From: Lachnospiraceae bacterium
GTDB taxonomy: Bacteria > Bacillota > Clostridia > Lachnospirales > Lachnospiraceae
Reading direction: 5' to 3'
DNA length: 64,000 nt
Assembly (NCBI GenBank): GCA_024698285.1
Contig: JAILRJ010000044.1
Span: 7,134 to 71,133 of the forward strand
The position numbers and the translations under genes are program-made. The notes under the pieces were generated by a model, which worked only from the letters and a program-made list of their open reading frames with translations, did no database searches and was not told where the DNA came from. Shown in pieces: positions 1 through 8,941 of this stretch (positions within the stretch are counted from its first letter, which is position 1; every line of letters starts with the position of its first letter).

Positions 1-664
1 ATATGTTCTTGAGATTCTGGTAGCAGAAATCTATGATCGATGTCCTGTCTTTGACCGGAAGTTCGTACAGCACTATTGTGTCGCACCCGACCATTTTTGC
101 CTCAAGGTCATCATCTTCATAAGACACTATGCCGCAGACCTCGTAGCGCTTCTCAAACGATGCGAACGCATCCGCGACCCTCTTTGCCTCATGCGTATCA
201 CCCGTAACGATCAGGCAGCGCTCCTTCGGATGTATCCAGAAGTAGAACTTCTCGCCCGCAAACGACATCAGCATGATAATGAGTATCTGTATTCCGAACA
301 CAAGGAAGAGAATACCTATGTTCTCGAGCCTGAACGTCGTGTTGTTGGCTTCGTTAGTTTTCATGATGGACAGTTCCAGATATGTCACAAGATCCGTGAA
401 AATGAGCGTTATCGATACCGAAAGCGCAACCTGTCCCCATTTCCTCCTTCCGGCATCGTACCTGCCGTAGATGAATGTTAGAAGGATCAGCATTATCACG
501 AATGTCGAGAGCGTTACAGCCGCCGTTCTCGAGAGTTTGATGATCTCGGGATTATCGATCGAGAACATCAAAAAGAACGTCGCAAGGCATGCGGCGTACA
601 TGACGGTCTCTATCAGAAACACTATGGAATGTTGAAATTTGGTGCAAAAATCATGTAATTTCAT
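1..664 (-). CDS. Polyprenyl-phosphate glycosylphosphotransferase (WcaJ/EpsE-like), N-terminal membrane and linker part only; the 3' end runs off the left edge
   Basis: Absent from the ORF track because it is open at the window edge. Reverse-complement reading from ATG 664-662 is stop-free to base 1: MKLHDFCTKFQHSIVFLIETVMYAACLATFFLMF...CLIVTGDTHEAKRVADAFASFEKRYEVCGIVSYEDDD... It has the same layout (several TM helices, then a Rossmann-like linker) as the N-terminus of the complete sugar transferase at 21571-22938. Its ATG abuts the TAA (665-667) of the upstream gene. The catalytic domain is not visible, so the call rests on architecture. Confidence 0.55.
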   Translation of the reverse strand, partial: MKLHDFCTKFQHSIVFLIETVMYAACLATFFLMFSIDNPEIIKLSRTAAVTLSTFVIMLILLTFIYGRYDAGRRKWGQVALSVSITLIFTDLVTYLELSIMKTNEANNTTFRLENIGILFLVFGIQILIIMLMSFAGEKFYFWIHPKERCLIVTGDTHEAKRVADAFASFEKRYEVCGIVSYEDDDLEAKMVGCDTIVLYELPVKDRTSIIDFCYQNLKNI

Positions 665-2128
665 TTACATTCCCTCATAAACTTCACGGATATATTCCTC
701 AAATCTCACATCTTTGTCATAGAGCATCGCATGCCTTACGCAGTCTTCCTTCGTATATGCAATGCCTTTTTGCGAGATGATCGTATCTATCGCAGCCACA
801 ACTCCCTGTACCGAATTGCGCTCCACGGAAATGCCGCACGAATCGTCAATCGATTCCGCACTTCCTCCCGATCTGTAAGTGATCACAGGAGTACCGCACG
901 CGAGCGCTTCGATATTGGTCGTCGGGAACGTATCTTCAAGTGTTAAATTGACGTATATGTCAGCCATGGAATAAAGTGCCGCAAGCTCTTCGGTGCTGTC
1001 CGTATGTCCGATACCGATTATCGATTCGGGAAGCGACGAGAGTTGCTCGTCATTAAGGCCGACAAGCACTATAACGCATCTCTCGCTGATGAGCTTGGAG
1101 AGATTGACGAACTGCATCAGTCCCTTTCTCTCGCGCCACGGATTGGCGACTCCGAGAAGAACGTTCTTGTTACGAAGGTTCAGGCTGTTTCTGAGTCTGA
1201 ATACAAGATTGTCATCCGTCCTCTCTTCGGCTATCGGATGGAACACCGACGTATCGATCCCCGTAGGGACGACTACCGTATGGTATTCCCCCATGAACGA
1301 CTGTTCCACACGGCTTTTGAGCCACTGTGACGGCGTCACGAGTGTGATATCTTCAAATCCCGTGAACAGTTCCTTTTTGTCGGCATAGTTTCTCTGCGAG
1401 TTGTCCTTTCCGACGGACTTCGGATACTCGGCGAGCTGCTCGCACGAATAGCATCCCGTAGTCCATTTCATGCATCCTATATATTCAAAATGGGAGCAGT
1501 GTCCCGTAAACGTCCAACAGTCATGCAGCGTCCAGATGATCCTGATATCGGTTTTTTTCAGGTATTCAAAAAGAACACGGATATTCAGGTAATATCCATG
1601 AACGTTATGAAGGTGGATTATATCCGGTTTGAATTCCTCGATCACATTTATGAACCCGACCGTTGCACGTTTCGAATAGAACCCGTGCCGATCCGTTATC
1701 CTCGACAGTCCGCCGTGGATATATACATCGAGATCCTGGCCGATCCTGTATCCGTTCATATACTCGGGATGACTGTCCCTTCCGTAGGCCACCATGCACT
1801 CGTATCCGTTTGCGGTAAGAGTATTGTAGAGCCCTTCGACAAGCCTTCCGACGGAGCCTGTACCGACTACCGTATTAACGAGCATGACCCTTCTGTTTTC
1901 AAGGTGGTTGAGGCTTCTTACCACCCTCTTTGCTTCCTTCGTGTACAGAAGATCGGGCTCCGGTTCGGACAGGTCCTGACCGATATAGGAATTCTCTATG
2001 TTATTGTCAAGCGAGATCACCGAGATGTCATTCTGCGCCATGATCATTTCCTGGCGTTCCCGCTCCAGTCGCTCCTGCTCGAGGCGTCTTGCTTCGGCAA
2101 GAGGATCGGTAATGTGTTTTCTTCTCAT
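665..2128 (-). CDS. Glycosyltransferase family 4 (GT-B) with an ~80-aa charged N-terminal extension
   Basis: 487-aa ORF. GT4-like core starts near MLVNTVVGTGSVGRLVEGL and has a Cys/His-rich segment HDCWTFTGHCSHFEYIGCMKWTTGCYSCEQ. The C-terminal half carries a sugar-nucleotide-binding pattern (FPTTNIEALACGTPVI). ATG at 2128 lies 6 nt after the upstream stop. Confidence 0.8.
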   Translation of the reverse strand: MRRKHITDPLAEARRLEQERLERERQEMIMAQNDISVISLDNNIENSYIGQDLSEPEPDLLYTKEAKRVVRSLNHLENRRVMLVNTVVGTGSVGRLVEGLYNTLTANGYECMVAYGRDSHPEYMNGYRIGQDLDVYIHGGLSRITDRHGFYSKRATVGFINVIEEFKPDIIHLHNVHGYYLNIRVLFEYLKKTDIRIIWTLHDCWTFTGHCSHFEYIGCMKWTTGCYSCEQLAEYPKSVGKDNSQRNYADKKELFTGFEDITLVTPSQWLKSRVEQSFMGEYHTVVVPTGIDTSVFHPIAEERTDDNLVFRLRNSLNLRNKNVLLGVANPWRERKGLMQFVNLSKLISERCVIVLVGLNDEQLSSLPESIIGIGHTDSTEELAALYSMADIYVNLTLEDTFPTTNIEALACGTPVITYRSGGSAESIDDSCGISVERNSVQGVVAAIDTIISQKGIAYTKEDCVRHAMLYDKDVRFEEYIREVYEGM

Positions 2129-2134
2129 ATATCT

Positions 2135-3796
2135 CTAGTTGTCGGTGTTCTCGTCCGTATCGTCGAGTATCAGTCTGATGACTCTCTCGTGCCCTTTTGA
2201 GAAATCCTTCTGAAGCTGGAGCCTTCTCATTTCTCTTCTCACATTCGGAGTGGACAGAAGCCATTCTATCGTCGACACAACCGTCTCGTCATCGGTCTCG
2301 TTTCCGATACCGAGGTTTATGAATCCGTTCTGTATGCCCGCGAAAACGTGCATCGCTTCACGGTCATTCTGTGCCAGTACTATAGCCGGAACTCCCATGC
2401 TCGCAAGCTCGTACACTGTACGTCCCTGACTCGTTATCGCAAGGTCCATCTTGCCCATATATGAGCTGACCCTTTTGACATCCTTGTGAACGAACACTCT
2501 GTCTTCCTCGCTCGTCGCTATCCTGTCGGCATAAGGGTATGCGAACCCGAGAAGGAAGTGGAAGTTGATATCGGGATTGGTCTTGTGAAGACGTTTGCAT
2601 ATCTTGTAAAGTCTTCCCGTCAGATCCGACGGATCAGCTCCTCCGAAGATCACGAGAACATTCTCGGCCTTCTCGGAGAATTCCTTGGGTCTTTCTTCCA
2701 AAAACTCGTCCCTGATGCAGAAATATTTACTTCCGTAATATTCGTTGTGAAGCTTGTCGCCCTTCTCATACAGGGCGTTTATTACGGCATCCGCGTACTT
2801 GGCTCCGGGACCTACGTCCTCGAAGTTAATGACGCGCTTTGCGTATTTAGTCACCATCAGCATATATTCGCTTGATGTATCGAGTATATCGTTAATAAGG
2901 ATATCAGGCTTCTCTTCGGCTAGCACCTTCTCAAAATGCGCCTCATCCCTGACCTTGATCACATTGAAGTTCGATTCCGTTATCTTCTCTATCCCGATGT
3001 CGGAATCTTCGGATGCCGCAAATACCACCTCATGGCCGGTAAGTTTGTAAGCAAGTGTAAGACATCTGTACACGTGCCCCATTCCGACCGATCTCTTTCC
3101 GACGGTACGGAACATGATCTTCTTGCGGCGAAGTATATTCTCACAGAGAACCCAGTCCGAGTATGTGTCTATATCAACCGCCTCGTCCTCGGCTATCTCG
3201 AATATGCTGACCTTCTTACCTATACGTCCTTCTGCGCTCACGCACTCTCTTCTCGTGATAAGGAATCCGCCGGTCTCCAGGTAGTTTGGCGGAAGCTCCT
3301 GCGAATTGAGACGCTTCTCATAGTTCTTGACGTATTCGCCCTTTTCGTTCACGCCCCATGACAGATGAGGTTTGTTGGTGGCAGAAAGAACAGTGTCGAA
3401 GTCGTGATTTTCGAAGTATTCGATCGCATCCCTGATCGTGGTGGATCTGAGCGTCGGGCTCGTTGCCTGCATCGTGATAACGATGTCGTATCTGATGCCC
3501 TTCTTCTCCTCCATGTAGCTGACCGCATGGAAGATAACGGGATCGAGCGTAACGGAATCGGTTGCAAGTTCCGCGGGTCTCGCTATGACCTCAACTCCGC
3601 GTTTTTGCACGATACCGCCGAGTTCCTCGTCGTCCGTCGATACGGCAACGTCAACATCCATGTGCATCGTTTCCCTGAGAGCCTTCGCATTATCGATGGA
3701 ATAAGCTATCAGCGGCTGTCCGCACATGATCCTGACGTTTTTTCTCGGTATTCTCTTGGACCCGCCTCTTGCGGGTATGACTATGAGCGTTTTCAT
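2135..3796 (-). CDS. Bifunctional fusion: CMP-nonulosonic acid cytidylyltransferase (NeuA/PseF-like) plus PseG-like UDP-sugar hydrolase domain
   Basis: 553 aa. The N-terminus MKTLIVIPARGGSKRIPRKNV...CGQPLIAYSI is the acylneuraminate cytidylyltransferase signature. From ~aa 235, FRTVGKRSVGMGHVYRCLTLAYKL matches the G-x-G-H-x-x-R-C-x-x-LA motif of PseG/SpsG-type GT28-like hydrolases, followed by GADPSDLT and QGRTVYELASMGVPAIVL. ATGA overlap with the upstream flippase stop. Confidence 0.8.
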   Translation of the reverse strand: MKTLIVIPARGGSKRIPRKNVRIMCGQPLIAYSIDNAKALRETMHMDVDVAVSTDDEELGGIVQKRGVEVIARPAELATDSVTLDPVIFHAVSYMEEKKGIRYDIVITMQATSPTLRSTTIRDAIEYFENHDFDTVLSATNKPHLSWGVNEKGEYVKNYEKRLNSQELPPNYLETGGFLITRRECVSAEGRIGKKVSIFEIAEDEAVDIDTYSDWVLCENILRRKKIMFRTVGKRSVGMGHVYRCLTLAYKLTGHEVVFAASEDSDIGIEKITESNFNVIKVRDEAHFEKVLAEEKPDILINDILDTSSEYMLMVTKYAKRVINFEDVGPGAKYADAVINALYEKGDKLHNEYYGSKYFCIRDEFLEERPKEFSEKAENVLVIFGGADPSDLTGRLYKICKRLHKTNPDINFHFLLGFAYPYADRIATSEEDRVFVHKDVKRVSSYMGKMDLAITSQGRTVYELASMGVPAIVLAQNDREAMHVFAGIQNGFINLGIGNETDDETVVSTIEWLLSTPNVRREMRRLQLQKDFSKGHERVIRLILDDTDENTDN

Positions 3797-5247
3797 CGAT
3801 CTTTACCCAAAAACCGCTTTTTTACATAATTTGCTAGCGTAATTATATCACGTCTGTTTATAATTGCAAAAACGGCAAATATCGCAACAGCAAGGATATA
3901 TCTTATTATCACGTCACGGATCGAATCACCGTACAGGTTCAGGAACAGAAGCCCCGTACCCATCATCACGATCATCGCAATGAACATGTATGCGTCATCA
4001 TAGACCTTCTCGCGAAGAACGAACCTGACCATAACAAAATGCATGACCATAAGAACGAGATAGCTCGCAAGTGTCGTATATGCGGCAGCTATATAGCCGT
4101 ACCGCGGTATGAACAGTGCGTTCAATATATAGTTGATACCGGCCGCGGCACATGATCCTACGGCTATGATCGGCGTCTTCTTTAAGAATATCTCCACGTT
4201 GACGTAGTTCGTATAGAAATACTGTGCCAGTGTTCCGAGCACTATCGGCGGTACAACAAACTTAGCCGTCCAGTACGTGTTGTTTGATATCGAAAGCAGC
4301 ATCAGCGCTTCCGGAGCCGCAACAATGAATGCGAACGACAGGAAACACCCGAGCATAACGAGCTTCTTCTGAATTCCTCTTATCTTCTCCCGTCCGCCCG
4401 CAAAAAGCGTTTCGTTAAACCACGGCAGCCATGCCTGTCCTATCGCGTTAGTAAATATCATCAAGAGCGTAGCAAAAGAATATCCGAATATGTACAATCC
4501 CGAATCCGCATCGCCGGCAATATCCTTGATCATTATCCTGTCCATCTGCGCCAGCAGTATGAGCGCGAGTGCATGCGGGATCATCGGCAGTCCGATCTTG
4601 AGCGCGTACGTCCAGTACTCTCTGTTGTAGAACACCTTTCCCTGCACTATAAAGCGGATGTAGAACACTATACCCATTATCGCCGTCGGGATTATGACAC
4701 CGAGTATCTTTCCGATGTATCTTGCATCCGAGAATACGAGCATCAGCGTGATCGACAGAGCCACCTGACCGACACACGTTATGACAGAGATCAGAATATT
4801 CTCTTTATACCGGTATTCGTACCTGCATTTCTGCATCATGTATTCCACGGACGGGGATACGCACAGGTATGCGAACAGACCCACGGCGAGCGGGACCTCA
4901 TAGTGGATCCACCCCGCAAGGGCTTCTCTGAATATGAACGCAAAAACGAGAAGTATGAGTCCGAACGAACTCGACAGTCCCTGAAGCGCGGACATATACT
5001 CATCGAACCTGTCGGCAAAATCAAGCTTTGCCCGTCCGATCGAATATACGACGCACAGACATGCAAAAACGTTAAAAACGTCTATCCATGAATTGTATGT
5101 ATTGGCCCGGCCGTAATCGGCCGTGGTCAGCATTCCGGTATATATAGGGGTTGTAATGATGGCAACGGCTCTTATCGATACATTGGCTATCGTGTACCAC
5201 ACACCCGACTTTACGACCTTATTGCCTTCCGATGCTGCACTATCCAT
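3793..5247 (-). CDS. wzx: Wzx-type oligosaccharide flippase (MOP superfamily), copy 1
   Basis: Polytopic membrane ORF. Its N-terminus VKSGVWYTIANVSIRAVAIITTPIYTGMLTTADYG is typical of polysaccharide flippases. I prefer the ATG at 5247 (MDSAASEGNK) over the track start at 5301, because it overlaps the upstream TAG by only 8 nt. Confidence 0.75.
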   Translation of the reverse strand: MDSAASEGNKVVKSGVWYTIANVSIRAVAIITTPIYTGMLTTADYGRANTYNSWIDVFNVFACLCVVYSIGRAKLDFADRFDEYMSALQGLSSSFGLILLVFAFIFREALAGWIHYEVPLAVGLFAYLCVSPSVEYMMQKCRYEYRYKENILISVITCVGQVALSITLMLVFSDARYIGKILGVIIPTAIMGIVFYIRFIVQGKVFYNREYWTYALKIGLPMIPHALALILLAQMDRIMIKDIAGDADSGLYIFGYSFATLLMIFTNAIGQAWLPWFNETLFAGGREKIRGIQKKLVMLGCFLSFAFIVAAPEALMLLSISNNTYWTAKFVVPPIVLGTLAQYFYTNYVNVEIFLKKTPIIAVGSCAAAGINYILNALFIPRYGYIAAAYTTLASYLVLMVMHFVMVRFVLREKVYDDAYMFIAMIVMMGTGLLFLNLYGDSIRDVIIRYILAVAIFAVFAIINRRDIITLANYVKKRFLGKDR

Positions 5248-6316
5248 TAACGAACATATTCTCCTGTAAGATCGTATCGTCCTCGATATCGACTGCGGCA
5301 ACGCATCCGGCTATTTTCTCCATACGTTCCGGCGATATTCCGGTACCCGGACGTTTGAATGTCAGCATTTCCTTTGTGATAACGCTTCCCTTCGGAATCC
5401 TGCACGCGGATACAACCGACCTTCTTGCGTTTTTCCTGGCGGCGCTTTCTGTCTCAAGGCTCACCAGATCCGCACTGCCTCTGAGCATATCCATTCTCTC
5501 TATCGACGAGAGTATCGCACGGGCATCATCGGGATCCATTGCGTGGTAGTGGTCGTTGCCTTTAAGCGTTTTGTCGAGAGTAAAGTGCTTCTCGACAAGC
5601 TGTGCACCGAGATTGTATGCGCACTTGATGACGTCGCATTCCGGCGTCGGTTTTGTATGATCCGAATATCCGATGTACAGATCGGGGAACTTTTCGGCAA
5701 GCGTTGCGATCTTGAGAAGATTTGCATCCTCAAGCGGCGTGGGGTATTCGAGCACACAGTGAAGGAGCGTTATCGGAGCATCGGTATTGCGTCTTATCGC
5801 GCTTACCGCCCGTTCTATCTCATCCTCGTTCGAGGCTCCGACAGACAGCAGGATCGGCTTGTTCTTCTTCGCCTGATACTCTATGAACGGAATGTTTGAA
5901 AGATCCGATGAAGATATCTTGTAAACGTTCATCAGTTCATTGAGATAGTCGGCCGACTCTATGTCAAACGCGGTCGAGAGGAATTCGATCCCGACGCTGT
6001 CGCTGTACTCTTTAAGTTCTTTGTACTCGTCATACCCGAACGAGTCGAACTTGGTGAACAGCTCATACTGCGATCTCGTCGGCTCTTCCGTGATATCCCA
6101 GTAATAAGGCGATGCCTTGGCCGCGAGAGTTCCGGCTTTGTACGTCTGGAACTTGACCGCATGTATGCCGGCTTCCTTCGCTTCCTTGATCATAAGTTTG
6201 GCGGCATCCATGTTAGAAATGCCGCGTACTTTTGCAATATCATAATAATTGACGCCTATCTCGGCTATAAGGACGAACCTGCCTTCGGCAAGTCTCCTCA
6301 TTATGGTACTTTCCAT
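5240..6316 (-). CDS. NeuB-family nonulosonic acid synthase (NeuB/PseI/LegI/SpsE-like) with C-terminal SAF domain
   Basis: 358 aa. Motifs: AVKFQTYK, ILLSVGAS, LLHCVLEYPTP, GYSDHT, VEKHFTLDK...GNDHYHAMDP, and a C-terminal SAF-like segment RRSVVSACRIPKGSVITKEMLTFKRPGTGI. Good SD (GAGGTG) before ATG 6316. Confidence 0.85.
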   Translation of the reverse strand: MESTIMRRLAEGRFVLIAEIGVNYYDIAKVRGISNMDAAKLMIKEAKEAGIHAVKFQTYKAGTLAAKASPYYWDITEEPTRSQYELFTKFDSFGYDEYKELKEYSDSVGIEFLSTAFDIESADYLNELMNVYKISSSDLSNIPFIEYQAKKNKPILLSVGASNEDEIERAVSAIRRNTDAPITLLHCVLEYPTPLEDANLLKIATLAEKFPDLYIGYSDHTKPTPECDVIKCAYNLGAQLVEKHFTLDKTLKGNDHYHAMDPDDARAILSSIERMDMLRGSADLVSLETESAARKNARRSVVSACRIPKGSVITKEMLTFKRPGTGISPERMEKIAGCVAAVDIEDDTILQENMFVNG

Positions 6317-6329
6317 GTTTCACCTCATA

Positions 6330-7976
6330 TCAGGGAACCTTATCATCGGGCATATCCGATATAAAGTAGCCCGCATCCAACGCCTTTTGGTACCTCTCAT
6401 ATCCTTTTTCGTAAAAGACAATGAGCTCGTTTAACATATCGTCGAACTCCTGAGTCCTCTCCCTCTTTCCCGAGAATATCTCATCGGCCTGATCCATGAG
6501 TTCGAATATCTTTACCTCGGAGCCCGCACGCTTGACCGCCTCAACATAGCTTGCCGCCGAATGAAGCGAATCAACCGGACCGAACGAGAGGATCGCATCG
6601 CGAAGATCATCGAATGATGTTATCCTCGTTATTCCGTCAATGAGCGCGAACGGAACGTTTCCGAATATTATCGAGCGTTTCCCGAGAAGCGCCGCCTCGT
6701 ATGCCGCCGTACCCGTTATCGTGATAACACCTTTTGCGTTCACGATCCACGGTTTGGGATCCTTGTAATAGTTGATCTGAACAAGGCGGACGTTGTGTAT
6801 CTCTTTAACCTTTTTATAGAACTCAAATCCTCTCTCGCCGAGCATCGCCTGATGTTCCTTGACATACAGTTTCCAGCCGATCGGGAGTGCTTTTGATACC
6901 TGCTCAATGAGATTGAGCTCATCAACATAGTACGAAGCCTTGACGAACACAGATGACTCCGGGATCAGATGAAGCGGCATGAACACATAGTCCTCGCCCT
7001 CAACAGGATCCTCGAAATATTTGTTCTTCCCGTACAGATATCTCTTCTTGAGTTCCTCTTCAAGATAGTAACGGATATACGGAAGCGACGGCGCGTAGAG
7101 CATCGGGCTCTTCTTCTTGAGTTTGAGGTTATGCTTCCTGATATCCATATCATAGAAATACTCGAGCTTTCCGTGCATAACCCGCGCGATCCAGATGAGT
7201 GAATCCCTCTCGTACTTGGATGTTACGCTCCCGGCAAACTCGCGGTTCATAATGGAGGACTCACGTCTGTAATTCTCGACGTATTCTATGCTCTCTCTTA
7301 TAGCACTGTCGGGATGTGATTTTATCTCATTGAACAGATGGACAAAATACGGATCTATCCCGAACGCATTCTGGAAGCTCGGATACTTGTAATAACCAAA
7401 CTTCGAATACTCGATCGTCATACACGGTATCTTCTTCCTGTAACATACCTCGCAGAGGATCGTGCGCTGAAGTTCCGCATTATCCATGTCAAATATCACG
7501 TCGGGCCGAAACTCCTCGATCAGTCCGATTATCTTCTTGTAGTTAAGTTCCAGCCAGTAAAGGTTCTCCGCATAGCTCGTGACCTTCCAGTACATTCGCC
7601 AGTGATAATGCCTCGTGTTCATCTGAGAGCTCATCAGCTGCATGTTCAGATTCTTGTAGTGGCTGTACTTCTCGTCTATCATCGACAGATATTCAAGATC
7701 ATAAGGTGCATCGGACTCCTTGAGGCCCTTTACGAACTGCTCGCATATATCCCTCACGTCGTAGATCTTAACGTCGGGCTCGAGCTTCTTGAACTCGTAG
7801 TACGTATGCTCGTTGTAATATGTCTTGTTGTAACTGCATTCGCTCGACATTATGAAAAATGCCGCGACCTCATTGTCCTCCTTGAGCTTTTCGGCCAGGA
7901 ACCACAACGGTTTGCAGTAGGTCTCACGACATATCATCAGTATTCTCTTGTTCTTGAATATAGAGTCTTTAACCAT
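6330..7976 (-). CDS. Capsule_synth-like (KpsS/KpsC-type) capsular polysaccharide biosynthesis protein; candidate ulosonic-acid transferase
   Basis: 548 aa, soluble. The segment YVFMPLHLIPESSVFVKASYY...LPIGWKLYVKEHQAML...VITITGTAAYEAALLGKRSIIFG resembles the conserved core of capsule-synthesis (KpsS/KpsC) retaining transferases. Family recognised by eye only. Confidence 0.5.
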   Translation of the reverse strand: MVKDSIFKNKRILMICRETYCKPLWFLAEKLKEDNEVAAFFIMSSECSYNKTYYNEHTYYEFKKLEPDVKIYDVRDICEQFVKGLKESDAPYDLEYLSMIDEKYSHYKNLNMQLMSSQMNTRHYHWRMYWKVTSYAENLYWLELNYKKIIGLIEEFRPDVIFDMDNAELQRTILCEVCYRKKIPCMTIEYSKFGYYKYPSFQNAFGIDPYFVHLFNEIKSHPDSAIRESIEYVENYRRESSIMNREFAGSVTSKYERDSLIWIARVMHGKLEYFYDMDIRKHNLKLKKKSPMLYAPSLPYIRYYLEEELKKRYLYGKNKYFEDPVEGEDYVFMPLHLIPESSVFVKASYYVDELNLIEQVSKALPIGWKLYVKEHQAMLGERGFEFYKKVKEIHNVRLVQINYYKDPKPWIVNAKGVITITGTAAYEAALLGKRSIIFGNVPFALIDGITRITSFDDLRDAILSFGPVDSLHSAASYVEAVKRAGSEVKIFELMDQADEIFSGKRERTQEFDDMLNELIVFYEKGYERYQKALDAGYFISDMPDDKVP

Positions 7977-8941
7977 CAGGGAAATCTCTCCAGTGTTGAA
8001 GCCGCTTCGGCCTGGCGGGTCTTCGTGTATGCCGCAAGGATCGCCGGTGCGCGAAGCGCCATAAATACCTTTATCTTAAGTGAGCGCGATACAAGCGGGT
8101 TCTTTGTCTTCGAAAGCGCTCTTACCTTATCCCGGTACCGGTTCAGATCGTCCGCATCGGGTTCGCCTCCGGCAAGTTCGTTCTGTATCGCCGTCACATA
8201 CTCGTAGAGCATGAAGTTGTCCGTCTCATTCGCAAGTTCGGGATGATTTTTTCTCAGGAACTCCTCCATAAGAACATCTGCCTCAATGTTCTTTCTGACC
8301 ATACCGCTTCTCTTCGAATTGCTCCCGGACCTCTCTCGGAAATGATACATCGGGGTCGGATCGTACACCACCTTGTCGGCCTTTGACAGAAGCGCATCTA
8401 CAACTATCCTGTCCTCAACCGTGATATCGGTTCTGAACGTCAGCCCTTCGAATATCTTTCTCGAATAGAGCTTGTCCCAGCAGTGCAGGAAAAATCCGTC
8501 GTGCCCGAGCGTCACCGCAACGGCTTCGGCGCCCGTCATAACCCTCGGGGATGCCGCCTCGTCATGAAGAGTCGTGTTCACGTACTCGTAAAATCGTCCG
8601 CATACCGCTATGTCAGCCGAATACTTCTCCATATTTCCGAGCATACTCTCGAACATCTCAGGCTCAATGTAATCGTCGGAATCGACAAACCCCAGATAAT
8701 CACCCGTCACTTCCGCCATCCCGCGGTTTCTCGCATCAGCGATACCGTTTGCCGGGCAGGTTATAAGTTTGATACGGGAATCTTCACCGGCCCATTTCCT
8801 GCAGATCTCCTCGGATCTGTCCGCACCGTGCCCGCATACTATGATAAGCTCGATATCCCTGTATGTCTGCGCAAGTACGCTCTTTATGCTCTCTTCGACG
8901 TAGCGTTCCACGTCGTATACGATCATGATGATACTTATCAT
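7976..8941 (-). CDS. Glycosyltransferase family 2 (GT-A)
   Basis: MISIIMIVYDVERYVEESIKSVLAQTYRDIELIIV...ARNRGMAEVTGDYLGFVDSDDY is the classic GT2 N-terminal fold with a DSD (DxD) motif. ATGA overlap with the upstream gene. Confidence 0.85.
   Translation of the reverse strand: MISIIMIVYDVERYVEESIKSVLAQTYRDIELIIVCGHGADRSEEICRKWAGEDSRIKLITCPANGIADARNRGMAEVTGDYLGFVDSDDYIEPEMFESMLGNMEKYSADIAVCGRFYEYVNTTLHDEAASPRVMTGAEAVAVTLGHDGFFLHCWDKLYSRKIFEGLTFRTDITVEDRIVVDALLSKADKVVYDPTPMYHFRERSGSNSKRSGMVRKNIEADVLMEEFLRKNHPELANETDNFMLYEYVTAIQNELAGGEPDADDLNRYRDKVRALSKTKNPLVSRSLKIKVFMALRAPAILAAYTKTRQAEAASTLERFP

Noticed and set aside
191-481. 96-aa and 65-aa plus-strand ORFs, the only track entries in the first 660 nt
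   Set aside because: The minus strand is open from 664 to base 1. It encodes a membrane N-terminus that parallels the complete sugar transferase at 21571-22938. The plus ORFs are antisense artefacts.
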